From Microgenomates group bacterium (lineage in GTDB: Bacteria; Patescibacteriota; Microgenomatia; Daviesbacterales; UBA10151), in assembly GCA_041659805.1 (NCBI GenBank), contig JBAZXP010000001.1:704589-768588 (forward strand): a stretch of 64,000 bases of DNA, written 5' to 3'. Position 1 is the stretch's first letter; every line of letters begins with the position of its first letter. Below, piece by piece: positions 10,567-19,998 of the stretch. The translations under genes were made by a program, and so were the position numbers. The notes below the pieces were generated by a model. It saw nothing but the letters and a program-made list of their open reading frames with translations, had not been told where the DNA came from and did not search any database.

Positions 10567-12312
10567 TCAGTTAGAAAAGGGTAATAGCGACCACAAATCT
10601 CTTGGTTTAAATAATGCAGATACTATGTCTGGTTCCAAAACGCCAAAATATAAGATATTTTCCCCGGGTTTAACATTTACCCTGATAGTTTTGGGTTTAT
10701 AAAAAGGTTTGTGCAGGGTGAAGTCGAATGCATAATCCGGTAACAGATATCTGGCTTCGATTTTAGTAGATATACCAGTGTTATCCAACCTTACCCCACT
10801 AGAATTTTCTATAGCATCAGAGGAAATAGTTAGAATATAGTCACCTGAAAAATCATTCTTCCACTGCAAGGCGGATTTTATAATTAATTGAACTGGTGAT
10901 TTAATTGTTGTTGCAAAAACTAAAGGAGATGAATCAAACTCTCTGTCTTTATTAAAAAGCTGCAGGGATATGTTATATGTTCCACTTTCAGGTGTCTTTA
11001 GTTTTAAAGTGAAGGTAGCAGTTTGTCCTGGCTCAATTTTTTGATCCGGTTTTAGTTTAATTGTTTCGATTTGTAACTCACTGCCACCCCGGGTAGCTTT
11101 TAGTTCAATATCTCCATCATTCCAAATGCTTTGCCCGGTATTTTTAAAGGTAAGAAAAATATTGTAACTTTCGTTTGAGACAAGCGAGGTATATATTTCA
11201 CCTTTTGTGAGCTCTGCCTTGTTTTCAATTATTGGTTTACCACTTGTTTTGGGAATATCAATCAAAGAACCATAACAGGCGTAATAATTAGGATCAGAAG
11301 AGGTTGAAACACCTAAAATCTTTATGTTTTGTTTTTCTCCTGTGATTTTTTTAAAGGAGAAATGATCAAAAGGAGCTTCCTGATAATTTAATAAGAATGG
11401 GGTAACCGCAATAATTCTATTACTATTCCAAGCAGTACTAAAAGCAGTTTTATAATAATCTCCAATTTTTTCAGCACTCGGTAAGGACTTATCATGATAT
11501 AGTCCTTCTGCGTGTTTCCAGCCTGTTTCAGTGATAAATACTGGTAAGTTTTTAGTTGTAAATCTTTGAAGTAATAAGGATTCCCAAATCCATGTACGGA
11601 CTGAAATTCTTCCATTGTTATTAGGAGATCCTACAAATCCGGGGTTTGGATACGAATGTGATGCCCAGCCATCCAGTTTATTTAAAATACCAGGAACTTC
11701 CTCTTCCATTTGAGTTAAAAATACTTCTTCGTCCATATATTTAGGAGTTTTTTGTGGGGCTGAGGCATCAAGTCCGGCGTTTATAACAAAAAAATCAGGG
11801 TTTTTATTCTTTAAAGCAGCAATTGTTTTATCTAAAACTCTGGCATAAGATTTCGGATCAACAGTCCCACCCCATTCTTGACCCTGATTTGGTTCATTAT
11901 AAACAAGGATATAACGGTTCTTCGTAGGCCAATTCAAACTATCCAAAAAATCAGCCCAGGCAATTTCTTCTCCATCATAAGGTCTTTTCCAATAATCTTT
12001 TTCAGGTTCTGTTGCCAGTCTTACAATGGGAATCAAATGCTTCCTTCTTAAATCATCAAAAAAAGCCTGCCATTTATTATGATCCCTACTTTTACTTTCT
12101 ATTAAGATTGTTATATAGCCCCAATCACCGCCATTAGAATTAACAAGGGAAGCTGCAGGAGATGATTCATCAACAGTCGGAGAAATCATATGAATACCAA
12201 ATTTATTGTTTGGGGATAATAGGGGATCTACTATTGCCTTAGCAGGGTTAGCAGATACAGCATTGATAATAAATAAGAAAATAAATACCAGAATATATTT
12301 GAAGAATTTCAT
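10567..12312 (-). CDS. secreted glycoside hydrolase, clan GH-A (GH5-like) with C-terminal beta-sandwich domains
   Basis: N-terminal signal peptide (MKFFKYILVFIFLFIINAVSANPAKA). The candidate acid/base is NEP in ILVYNEPNQG and the candidate nucleophile is in FITETGW. Confidence 0.6.
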   Translation of the reverse strand: MKFFKYILVFIFLFIINAVSANPAKAIVDPLLSPNNKFGIHMISPTVDESSPAASLVNSNGGDWGYITILIESKSRDHNKWQAFFDDLRRKHLIPIVRLATEPEKDYWKRPYDGEEIAWADFLDSLNWPTKNRYILVYNEPNQGQEWGGTVDPKSYARVLDKTIAALKNKNPDFFVINAGLDASAPQKTPKYMDEEVFLTQMEEEVPGILNKLDGWASHSYPNPGFVGSPNNNGRISVRTWIWESLLLQRFTTKNLPVFITETGWKHAEGLYHDKSLPSAEKIGDYYKTAFSTAWNSNRIIAVTPFLLNYQEAPFDHFSFKKITGEKQNIKILGVSTSSDPNYYACYGSLIDIPKTSGKPIIENKAELTKGEIYTSLVSNESYNIFLTFKNTGQSIWNDGDIELKATRGGSELQIETIKLKPDQKIEPGQTATFTLKLKTPESGTYNISLQLFNKDREFDSSPLVFATTIKSPVQLIIKSALQWKNDFSGDYILTISSDAIENSSGVRLDNTGISTKIEARYLLPDYAFDFTLHKPFYKPKTIRVNVKPGENILYFGVLEPDIVSALFKPRDLWSLLPFSN

Positions 12313-12334
12313 GAGGGGTATATTTTAACACTTA

Positions 12335-13588
12335 TCAGGTAATGATTTCTTCTAAAGCTTTAATTCCACCAAAAGAGATTCTGTCAGGCATGATATTTCC
12401 TGTTCCCAGCATAGTTGCAGGAGTAATTATAAAATCTCCCCATTTTTCATTGATGCAATCTACAGCCTTAACAAGACTTTCTTTCACAATTAAATCTTCT
12501 AGCAAACTTATTTGGGTATTAGTATTTTTTTCTAAATTAAAAACTGATACAGCCAGTGAGCGCACAGGTTTTTGAAAAGGGCATTTTAAAAGCAATCTAA
12601 AAATTCTTTTGTATATATCTTTGGAATCAAATAAAAAATCAGCAAAACTTACCCCCTGATGCCAGTAGGTAAAATCACGATAGACTATAGATAAATGTAC
12701 ACCCCGGCACTTATATCCTGCTTTTCTCAACCTAAAGCCTGTTTTTTCCACCAGCTTTTGTAACAAAGGAGCCAGTTCTTCTGAAGTAATAAATGGTTTT
12801 GGTAGGGCAAAAGAATTCCCATAACTGCCGCGTTTAATAGTAACATCATCAATTTCCCAACCATGTAATCTTAAAAACCAATAATACCCAGTGATTGATT
12901 TAAAAGCAGCTTTTAATTTCCAGATAGGGGAGTCATAAAAATCTAAAACAGTAAAAATTCCCATATTATTTAACCTGACAGTATTTCTGGTTTTGATCCC
13001 ACAAAGATCCATCAATCCCAAATTTTGATAAATTTTCAGGTAGCTATTGCAATCTATTACGTCAAGTCCATCTGGTTTATGTAATCCTGCTGCAGTTTTA
13101 GCCAAAAAGCGGTTAGGAGCAATTCCCACAGAGATTGTTAACCATTCACCAATTTCAGTCTTTATTCTTTGTTTTATTTCTATTGCTACCTCTGTAATAC
13201 CCTTTTTAAGGGCTAGAGAGTCCTTCAAATCAAGCACAAATTCATCTATAGACTTTGGGATCACATCACTGCTATAGCCTTCTAAAATAGCTCTAAACTT
13301 GAGGTGAATATTTCTATATTTATTAGGATCAGGGGATAAAACAATTAAGTTTGGACAAAGTATTTTGGCGTCTCTAACTTTAAACCCCACTTTAATTCCC
13401 AATTTTTTAGCTTCTATAGATGGGGCAAGAATACAACCTGAAGGGGAGTTGTAAGCAGCTACAGCAATTGGTTTACCTCTAAGTCTAGGATTAGCTTGTT
13501 GCTCAATGGTAGCAAAACAGGAATTTAGATCCAGATGCATTAAAGTAGGTTTTTTGGGGTTAAAAGGCAAATTAATTACATTCGCCAT
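12335..13588 (-). CDS. Y-family DNA polymerase (DinB/UmuC-like translesion polymerase)
   Basis: N-terminal MHLDLNSCFATIEQQANPRLRGKPIAVA, matching the ImpB/MucB/SamB (Y-family) active-site region; 417 aa. Confidence 0.8.
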   Translation of the reverse strand: MANVINLPFNPKKPTLMHLDLNSCFATIEQQANPRLRGKPIAVAAYNSPSGCILAPSIEAKKLGIKVGFKVRDAKILCPNLIVLSPDPNKYRNIHLKFRAILEGYSSDVIPKSIDEFVLDLKDSLALKKGITEVAIEIKQRIKTEIGEWLTISVGIAPNRFLAKTAAGLHKPDGLDVIDCNSYLKIYQNLGLMDLCGIKTRNTVRLNNMGIFTVLDFYDSPIWKLKAAFKSITGYYWFLRLHGWEIDDVTIKRGSYGNSFALPKPFITSEELAPLLQKLVEKTGFRLRKAGYKCRGVHLSIVYRDFTYWHQGVSFADFLFDSKDIYKRIFRLLLKCPFQKPVRSLAVSVFNLEKNTNTQISLLEDLIVKESLVKAVDCINEKWGDFIITPATMLGTGNIMPDRISFGGIKALEEIIT

Positions 13589-13853
13589 CAGCTATTTCCT
13601 CAACACTCCAGTGCAGATTGTCCGTATTCATCACTAACCTAAAAAATAGGGTAGGGGTATCAACAGAAAAAACATGGTATAAAGTTTTGCCTAAACGGTA
13701 GGTATGATGTAAACCAATTTTAGTAACCTGATAATTTTTTCCCTCCCATAAAATATATTTAGGGTAGACAGAACGCCTTTTGTGATCATAAATTAAATTA
13801 ACAGAAATAGGGGCATCAATCTTTTGAATCATGGATTTTAAGACTACACCCAA
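13572..13853 (-). CDS. hypothetical small protein translationally coupled upstream of the Y-family polymerase
   Basis: 93-aa ORF whose stop overlaps the polymerase start by 17 nt. No S24 peptidase motif, so it is not UmuD-like. Confidence 0.35.
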   Translation of the reverse strand: MGVVLKSMIQKIDAPISVNLIYDHKRRSVYPKYILWEGKNYQVTKIGLHHTYRLGKTLYHVFSVDTPTLFFRLVMNTDNLHWSVEEIADGECN

Positions 13854-13916
13854 AGAATACCCGAAGTCAATATCTTAATTTCCAGTTGGGGTTATTTTTG
13901 GTATAATTCACAAAGC

Positions 13917-13992
13917 GCGGGTGTAATTCACCGGTTAGAATGTCACTTTTCCAAAGTGAACGCAAGGGGTTCGACTCCCCTCACCCGCTCCA
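13917..13992 (+). tRNA. tRNA-Gly (anticodon TCC)
   Basis: Acceptor GCGGGTG/CACCCGC, anticodon stem TCACT/AGTGA with loop TTTCCAA, T-arm AGGGGTTCGACTCCCCT, encoded CCA. Confidence 0.8.
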
Positions 13993-14111
13993 GATTGATA
14001 GTTTTGAAAATTTAGCTTCAGGTATCTCATAATTTAAGTATCATCCCGTCTCCTCACTCCAAAGGAGGCAAGTATATTACTTATAATATTGAGTATTTCT
14101 AACCTGTTTAA

Positions 14112-14783
14112 TTATGGTATTGATATTGAGGTTTTTTGAATTAATATAGAATATAAAATAAGCCCTCCGACTAATAAACTCGCTAACCCACGCAAAATAT
14201 GCCAAATATTTGTCGCAGCTGTTATTTTAGTAGTAGTGCCTGAAAGTGAATTAACAAGTTTTATAGACCAACCTCTTAATTGGGGATGTATAGAAATTAC
14301 CCCTTGTATTAATAAATAAATGCCAAAGATCAAAAAATATGGGTTTAGATTGCTTTTTGCAACATTAAGCTCTCTTTCCTTTATTTGAGGTGAACTCAAA
14401 GGCGGAAAAAATAAGTTGTTTAGCATGATTGGCAGATTCAAAATATCATTTTTCTCGAAATAAAAACTAATTGTGAAATAAATCATATATAAAGCGACAA
14501 CTACGAAAGCAATACCAAAAAATTTATCCTGCAGATATATATAATATTCGGTTTTCTTACTAATTTTTGTTTCCCTTCCTTTTAGCGCATTCAGCGATTT
14601 CATAAGCGGAAGCCAGTCTATCTTCTTGCCAAACAATAAGGCTACACCTGCTGTAAAAAGAAGTACCCATAATACTAGGAGCGCTATAGTAGCTACATTT
14701 TTTATATCCATTCTTAAATTTAGAATATCACGTACATAAATACTACGCAACAAATTATGTATCTGCCCACCCTCATTAACCAT
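14112..14783 (-). CDS. hypothetical polytopic membrane protein (223 aa)
   Basis: Multiple hydrophobic segments. Confidence 0.35.
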   Translation of the reverse strand: MVNEGGQIHNLLRSIYVRDILNLRMDIKNVATIALLVLWVLLFTAGVALLFGKKIDWLPLMKSLNALKGRETKISKKTEYYIYLQDKFFGIAFVVVALYMIYFTISFYFEKNDILNLPIMLNNLFFPPLSSPQIKERELNVAKSNLNPYFLIFGIYLLIQGVISIHPQLRGWSIKLVNSLSGTTTKITAATNIWHILRGLASLLVGGLILYSILIQKTSISIP

Positions 14784-14949
14784 CGAGCATCGACCTATTT
14801 TTCACTATTATTAAACTTGATACGTTTCCATTAAGTTGCTAAAATGAGATAGTATTTGAGGTAGAAAGAGTTCGGAATAACTTGCATCTCCCGCTCATAG
14901 TCTCGTCCTTTTTGTATTGCAAAAAGAGACGGACTCATTAAAACAATAA

Positions 14950-15219
14950 ATGTATACTGTGTATGTTCTAAAGAGCTTAACAGATGGAAGAACATATGTT
15001 GGTTGTACAAAAGATCTAGAAAACAGAATTAAAGAACATAACTCAGGAGAGGTAAAATCTACAAAAGCAAGAACTCCATTTATTCTTTGGTATAAAGAAG
15101 ACTTTGTAGATAAATATGAAGCTTTTAACCGTGAGCAACGCTTTAAAACATCATGGGGAAGAAGACAATTAAGAAAGATTTTAGAACCACTAATTCAGGA
15201 TCAAAAGGGTTTGATGTAA
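14950..15219 (+). CDS. GIY-YIG nuclease-domain protein (YhbQ/UPF0213-like, 89 aa)
   Basis: MYTVYVLKS...GRTYVGCTKDLENRIKEHN, matching the GIY-(x10)-YVG plus R/E/N motif of GIY-YIG domains. Confidence 0.7.
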   Translation: MYTVYVLKSLTDGRTYVGCTKDLENRIKEHNSGEVKSTKARTPFILWYKEDFVDKYEAFNREQRFKTSWGRRQLRKILEPLIQDQKGLM

Positions 15220-15249
15220 AATCTTGCAATCTCAGTTATTTAATCTAAA

Positions 15250-15906
15250 CTAATCTCTTATATTACCTGATTTAATAGAAAGAGGTCGAGTTGTAGGTGG
15301 ATGAATCACTGTTAATCGTTCATCAGGAAGTAAAGGATTAGTTTTTATTGCTTCAGCAACCTTCCTCCAAATTCCTTTTGGAGCTTCACCAGTGTTATAA
15401 AAGAACCAACTTCTATTAACTACTGCATTACCTTGTGAGTCCCAAGTTGTGTACCTATAATCAGAAGATTGCTTTCCGTCGGCGAACAGTGAATATGAAA
15501 TAATTGTACCCCTTGCTGGTACTGGTCTGCCTGCAAGCAAAATGCCCTCAATTGTAAGTACTGGTCCTTTTGACCAGTTGTTTTCAATTGGCAGTTTTGC
15601 CAATACGATAACCTTTCCTTCTCCAAATTTTACGGTAGGAGCTTTGTACCAATGAAAATTTAACTGATTTAAACCAATATTTTCATGTTCAACAAGTAAA
15701 AAATTAGGAGAGTGGATAGATCGACTGACAATATATGGAAATACACCAAAATCAGGTAAAGGGTAGGGGGTTCCATCTTTTGTTGGTTCCCCTAAAAGCT
15801 GCAAAATCTCCTTATAATAACCTTGAAGTGCCTGTTGCTCTTGAGTAATAGATATTTCACTTCTAGCCATGCCTGGAAGTTTACTACAAGATTGTTTATT
15901 GGTCAA
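15250..15906 (-). CDS. hypothetical protein (218 aa), TTG start
   Basis: ORF preceded by an AGGA ribosome-binding site and the conserved leader repeat. Confidence 0.35.
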   Translation of the reverse strand: MTNKQSCSKLPGMARSEISITQEQQALQGYYKEILQLLGEPTKDGTPYPLPDFGVFPYIVSRSIHSPNFLLVEHENIGLNQLNFHWYKAPTVKFGEGKVIVLAKLPIENNWSKGPVLTIEGILLAGRPVPARGTIISYSLFADGKQSSDYRYTTWDSQGNAVVNRSWFFYNTGEAPKGIWRKVAEAIKTNPLLPDERLTVIHPPTTRPLSIKSGNIRD

Positions 15907-15930
15907 TTTACATCCTCATTGCTGTAAACG

Positions 15931-16010
15931 TTCATAAGCTTAGTAAAGTGAATTACGGCATAATCTGCCAGGCAAAAGGGTTTGAACCAATTTGCATCAT
16001 CCGCTCAGAT
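15931..16010 (-). repeat. conserved ~80-nt upstream/leader element, copy A
   Basis: About 85% identical to 17127..17206. Both copies lie immediately 5' of minus-strand genes. See findings. Confidence 0.6.
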
Positions 16011-16019
16011 TTTTAACAG

Positions 16020-17096
16020 CTAAAGCTGACTGGCAGTTTTAGCATTAAGGTCTACTATATATACACCACCAGTGTGAGAGCAACCAACATAAACTATATT
16101 GATAGATGAGAAAATATTATCTTGAGCCCTGTAAGCAACTGGGTACACGCATTCCCATAATCCACTTGAGTTTGTAGGATATTTCCAATTTACAACAGAA
16201 ATCACATTACTATTTGTATCTACCAGAGCAATATAATTGCTCCCATCTTTTGTTCCTGTAATCAAAGTTTTACCTATCTCTGTTCGGCAAAATTCTGATA
16301 CATAAAAATCCTTGCTTAGCTTATCCATTAACTCTTTTGATTTTGAATCTGTAGGCAGATTAGGATTCCAATAACAACTGATTCCCACTAATTGGGCTTC
16401 AGGAAAGCCTGATAGTTTTCTATCATAATTTGCCCAGTTGCTTGGTCCAGTTTGCATATCCCGAATCTTAAGAAATGGCGGGACAGTAGGAGATGGCGTA
16501 TTAGTTGGGGGTTTAGAAGGTGTAGATGTGTCAAAAGTCGGAACAGTACCTATAATTTTGGAAGGTTGAGGAGTTGCAGTAGCAGGCTTATATATTGTTG
16601 TTGGGTTTATTATTGGAGTAGGTACCTCTTTAATAAATTTTAAAGAACTAATAATTTGTTTAAAGTCAACAGAAGGCTGGGAATCTAAATTAGAAGATTT
16701 TATTTTTATTAGTCCTAATTTTTCCAGACTTTTAGGGTTAAATAATAAGTCGCTCCCTTCTTTACTTTTATAAAACTCATGAATTCCTATCTTAATCATC
16801 TCTTCTTGGTTTGAATCTGGTTTAACAGGGTCAGCTATAATTAGTGTGTCACAATCTTGATTACAGCTAGCTAACTTAAATGCCACAGCCTTTGTGAAAT
16901 AATCTTGCGCCGCAGAATATTTGGCTGGGTAATAAACATCATATTCTCCTCCTTGTAATGTAATAAAACGATATAAAGTATTACTTGAGTCTGTGCTACT
17001 AGATTTTTTTATAAAAGAATAAGTACCTGTAATCGTCACCAAAAGGAGAGTAAAAATCAAAAAAACATTTACGGGAATAAAACCTTTTTCTTTCAT
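16020..17096 (-). CDS. hypothetical membrane-anchored/secreted protein with Pro/Thr-rich linker (358 aa)
   Basis: N-terminal TM helix and a PT-rich low-complexity linker (PTFDTSTPSKPPTNTPSPTVPP). Confidence 0.35.
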   Translation of the reverse strand: MKEKGFIPVNVFLIFTLLLVTITGTYSFIKKSSSTDSSNTLYRFITLQGGEYDVYYPAKYSAAQDYFTKAVAFKLASCNQDCDTLIIADPVKPDSNQEEMIKIGIHEFYKSKEGSDLLFNPKSLEKLGLIKIKSSNLDSQPSVDFKQIISSLKFIKEVPTPIINPTTIYKPATATPQPSKIIGTVPTFDTSTPSKPPTNTPSPTVPPFLKIRDMQTGPSNWANYDRKLSGFPEAQLVGISCYWNPNLPTDSKSKELMDKLSKDFYVSEFCRTEIGKTLITGTKDGSNYIALVDTNSNVISVVNWKYPTNSSGLWECVYPVAYRAQDNIFSSINIVYVGCSHTGGVYIVDLNAKTASQL

Positions 17097-17126
17097 AAAT
17101 TTATAGTAGCATTTTCCAGATAAGCT

Positions 17127-17206
17127 TTCATTAGCTTAGTAAAATGAATAACAGTGTAATCTGCCAGGTAAAAGGGTTTAAACCAATTTGCATCATCCGC
17201 TCCAGA
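17127..17206 (-). repeat. conserved ~80-nt upstream/leader element, copy B
   Basis: Paralogous to 15931..16010. Confidence 0.6.
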
Positions 17207-17390
17207 TGATGGTAAACCAAAATTCCTTTAGCTTTATATAACGCTCTAAACAGCATATACCATTTTATCTCAATGGTTCGTTTTTCATCTACAATGACCT
17301 TTTCAAAGAGAGATTGATTATAGTCCGTCTTTGTAAGTCGCTTTTTTATATAGTCTGTATTGCTCGCGGTGTGTTAAAATAAGCAATTAG

Positions 17391-17843
17391 TTGCAAGTAT
17401 TTTATAATATGTTAGTTGAAAATTTTGCTGAAAAATTCGCTACAGCTAGACCTTCTGATGAACTTGGAGTAATTCTCTCACAATCCTCCTATTTAGCTCA
17501 AAAACTTGGTAGTAGTTTCGTTACAACTGGACATTTACTACGGACTTTATTTGTATACCAAGACAAAGAAATAAAGTGGTTTTTAGGAGGTCAGAGATTT
17601 GATCATGGAAAATTTCTTCATCAAGTTGAAGAATCCTTACCTAAATCTGAACAACCTTTTGAAGGGGCGCTTAAATATAACGATCTGGCTGAAAAAACTT
17701 TAGAAAAAGCAATAACTATATGTAATAAGGAGGGAGCTAAAAGCCTTACTCCACTTCACCTTTTAAGAGGAATGTTAAATACTCATGAAGGTTCTGCTTG
17801 GGCAATACTCTATCAGAATGGTGTAAGAGACCTAAAGCTTTAA
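17391..17843 (+). CDS. stand-alone Clp N-terminal-domain protein (two Clp_N repeats)
   Basis: Two repeats of the ClpA/B/C N-domain motif (...TTGHLLRTLF... and ...LTPLHLLRGML...), with no AAA+ domain. Confidence 0.55.
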   Translation: MQVFYNMLVENFAEKFATARPSDELGVILSQSSYLAQKLGSSFVTTGHLLRTLFVYQDKEIKWFLGGQRFDHGKFLHQVEESLPKSEQPFEGALKYNDLAEKTLEKAITICNKEGAKSLTPLHLLRGMLNTHEGSAWAILYQNGVRDLKL

Positions 17844-17934
17844 ACAGGTATGAATTTAGGAGTGTCGTGATTTCTCTTTAGTAACGATCCACGCCGGAAT
17901 AATTTACCTCTCCCGCTCCAATAGGAATCAGTCT

Positions 17935-18462
17935 TTAAGGCTGTGGGACAAAATTTTGAGTAAAAGATCCGCTGTTTTCCCCAGTTACACCAGAGTGACT
18001 TAACCAATCAATATTTGCTTTGCCAGCCTTTGGCCACATTGTTCCTGTGTAAGAAATATCTATATCAGAACTTAAGAACGCTATGGAACAAGTTCCAAAT
18101 GCTCTTCCTAAAACAGAACCACCTTCACCACCGCTATATCTGCCGTTTATATTTCCATTACATACTCCGCTGAGTGTACCGGTTACATCTCCACCTGCTT
18201 TTGGCATAGTTATAGTAAAATGAGTAATTTGATTCATATAGTTAAGATCCTGGGAAATTGTTATTGTATCTGAGGTTTTAGTGGAAGAGGGGATATTTTT
18301 ATAGATTTTAGCGTTCTCTATAGAAGTTTTGGCCAAAGATTTAGTGTCTTGTTGATATTTTAGACCTAAGTAGAATCCAACAAACGGTAAAGCTATAAGC
18401 ATTATCATTGCAATTGCTTTAGAAAGAGGTGTAATTGTAGTATATTTTTTTGAAAGCTTCAT
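17935..18462 (-). CDS. hypothetical membrane-anchored Gly-rich protein (175 aa)
   Basis: N-terminal TM anchor and a Gly-rich C-terminus. Confidence 0.3.
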   Translation of the reverse strand: MKLSKKYTTITPLSKAIAMIMLIALPFVGFYLGLKYQQDTKSLAKTSIENAKIYKNIPSSTKTSDTITISQDLNYMNQITHFTITMPKAGGDVTGTLSGVCNGNINGRYSGGEGGSVLGRAFGTCSIAFLSSDIDISYTGTMWPKAGKANIDWLSHSGVTGENSGSFTQNFVPQP

Positions 18463-18508
18463 AACTTAAGTATTACAGAGCAATAAAACATAAGTCAAGA
18501 CTGTGAGA

Positions 18509-19969
18509 TTATGTATGGGAAACACGTTCCAGCAGATCTTCTGACCAGACATCAAAGTAATTTTCAGGTAATATCAAAGCTCTTTTTGGTGCAAGTTCTG
18601 CAATAAATTCTTCTGTGTGGGATACAATTAGCAAGGCTCCCTGGTATTCTTTAAGAACCTGCAGGATAATTTTTTGAGACATCATATCCAGGTATGTAGT
18701 TGGCTCATCCAAGATTAAAAGATTGTAATCCTGTAATAAAAGTAAGGCTATAGAAAGTCTGGTTTTTTCTCCACCGGATAAAGTACCAATCTTTTGATGA
18801 ACTTTACTTCCTGGAAACAAGAAGCTGGCAAGCAGGGGACGGACAACACTTTCCGGTTGGTGGCTCATATTCATTGCAGTTTCCAAAAGATTTTTCTCAA
18901 AATCTAAATTCTCAAATTCCTGTGAATAATAACCCACTTTTAGGTTTGATTCTTTAAAAATTTCTCCTTCATTTGGTTCTAAAATCCCCATAAGTATTTT
19001 AATAAAAGTACTTTTTCCAACCCCATTAGGACCAATTAATGCCACACATTCACCACGTTCTATTGAAAGATTGATTCCTTTTAATATTTCCTTTTCCCCA
19101 TATGATTTAGAGATGTTTAAAGCTTTGATAGGTAAAGCTCCCACAGTTGCAGGCTCAGGCAGCCTAAATTTGATTGCTTTTACTTCTGGAGGTAAGTCTG
19201 GTAATTTCTCTTTTAATTTATGAACCCTTTTTTGTAAATTTATTCTTTGTCTGACCCCCATTCCTTTAGCACTTTCTTCCAAACGGGAAATATTTCTTTG
19301 TTCAACATGAACTTGTTTACGTAAAGTAGCTTCTTTTTCTGCCCTTTGTTCTAAAGCTTGAGTATAATTACCTCTATATTCTTCTATCTTATGAAGCTGT
19401 GTGTCCACATATAAAATCTTATTAATATGTTTGTCCAGTAATTCCAAATCATGGGAGATAAGGATTAGTGTTTTTGGATAATTGCTTAAAAAACCCATTA
19501 CCCATTTCTTACCCTCTGTATCCAAAAAGTTAGTTGGTTCATCAAGTAGTAAAATATCAGGTTGGGCTAAAAGCGCTCTTGCTAAAGCTAATCTGGTTTT
19601 TTGACCACCACTTAAAACCTTTGGTGAGGAATCCATATCTAATTCTGAAAGTTCCACACCAGTGATCATCTTATATAATTCATAGTCTTGTTTTGTTCCA
19701 TCAGGATTAAGATATTCCCGGATAGTAACAGCCGATTCCATAATAGGATCATGTTTTACTTCCTGTGGAACAATACCAATTGTGCCTGTGATTTCAATTT
19801 TTCCAGACTGAGCAAGCTCTTGCTTACAAAGAATTTTAAGCAGGGTACTTTTACCGGCGCCATTGGAACCGATTAAACCAACCTTTTGCCCATCTGTAAT
19901 TGTGAAGCTAACATCATCAAATATAGTATGTGCATTATGTGAAAATGATAAATTATGTACACTAAGCAT
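18509..19969 (-). CDS. ABC-F family ATPase (tandem ABC domains, EttA/Uup-like translation factor)
   Basis: Two Walker A motifs (GLIGSNGAGKST, LIGPNGVGKST) and two ABC signatures (LSGGQKTRL, LSGGEKTRL). No TM domain. Confidence 0.8.
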   Translation of the reverse strand: MLSVHNLSFSHNAHTIFDDVSFTITDGQKVGLIGSNGAGKSTLLKILCKQELAQSGKIEITGTIGIVPQEVKHDPIMESAVTIREYLNPDGTKQDYELYKMITGVELSELDMDSSPKVLSGGQKTRLALARALLAQPDILLLDEPTNFLDTEGKKWVMGFLSNYPKTLILISHDLELLDKHINKILYVDTQLHKIEEYRGNYTQALEQRAEKEATLRKQVHVEQRNISRLEESAKGMGVRQRINLQKRVHKLKEKLPDLPPEVKAIKFRLPEPATVGALPIKALNISKSYGEKEILKGINLSIERGECVALIGPNGVGKSTFIKILMGILEPNEGEIFKESNLKVGYYSQEFENLDFEKNLLETAMNMSHQPESVVRPLLASFLFPGSKVHQKIGTLSGGEKTRLSIALLLLQDYNLLILDEPTTYLDMMSQKIILQVLKEYQGALLIVSHTEEFIAELAPKRALILPENYFDVWSEDLLERVSHT

Positions 19970-19998
19970 CCAGGTATTATACAGTAAAACTGCCTATT

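Noticed and set aside
15931-16010. tRNA-like element (because of the GGTTTGAACC T-loop-like motif)
   Set aside because: No acceptor-stem pairing or cloverleaf could be built. Treated as a conserved leader repeat instead.
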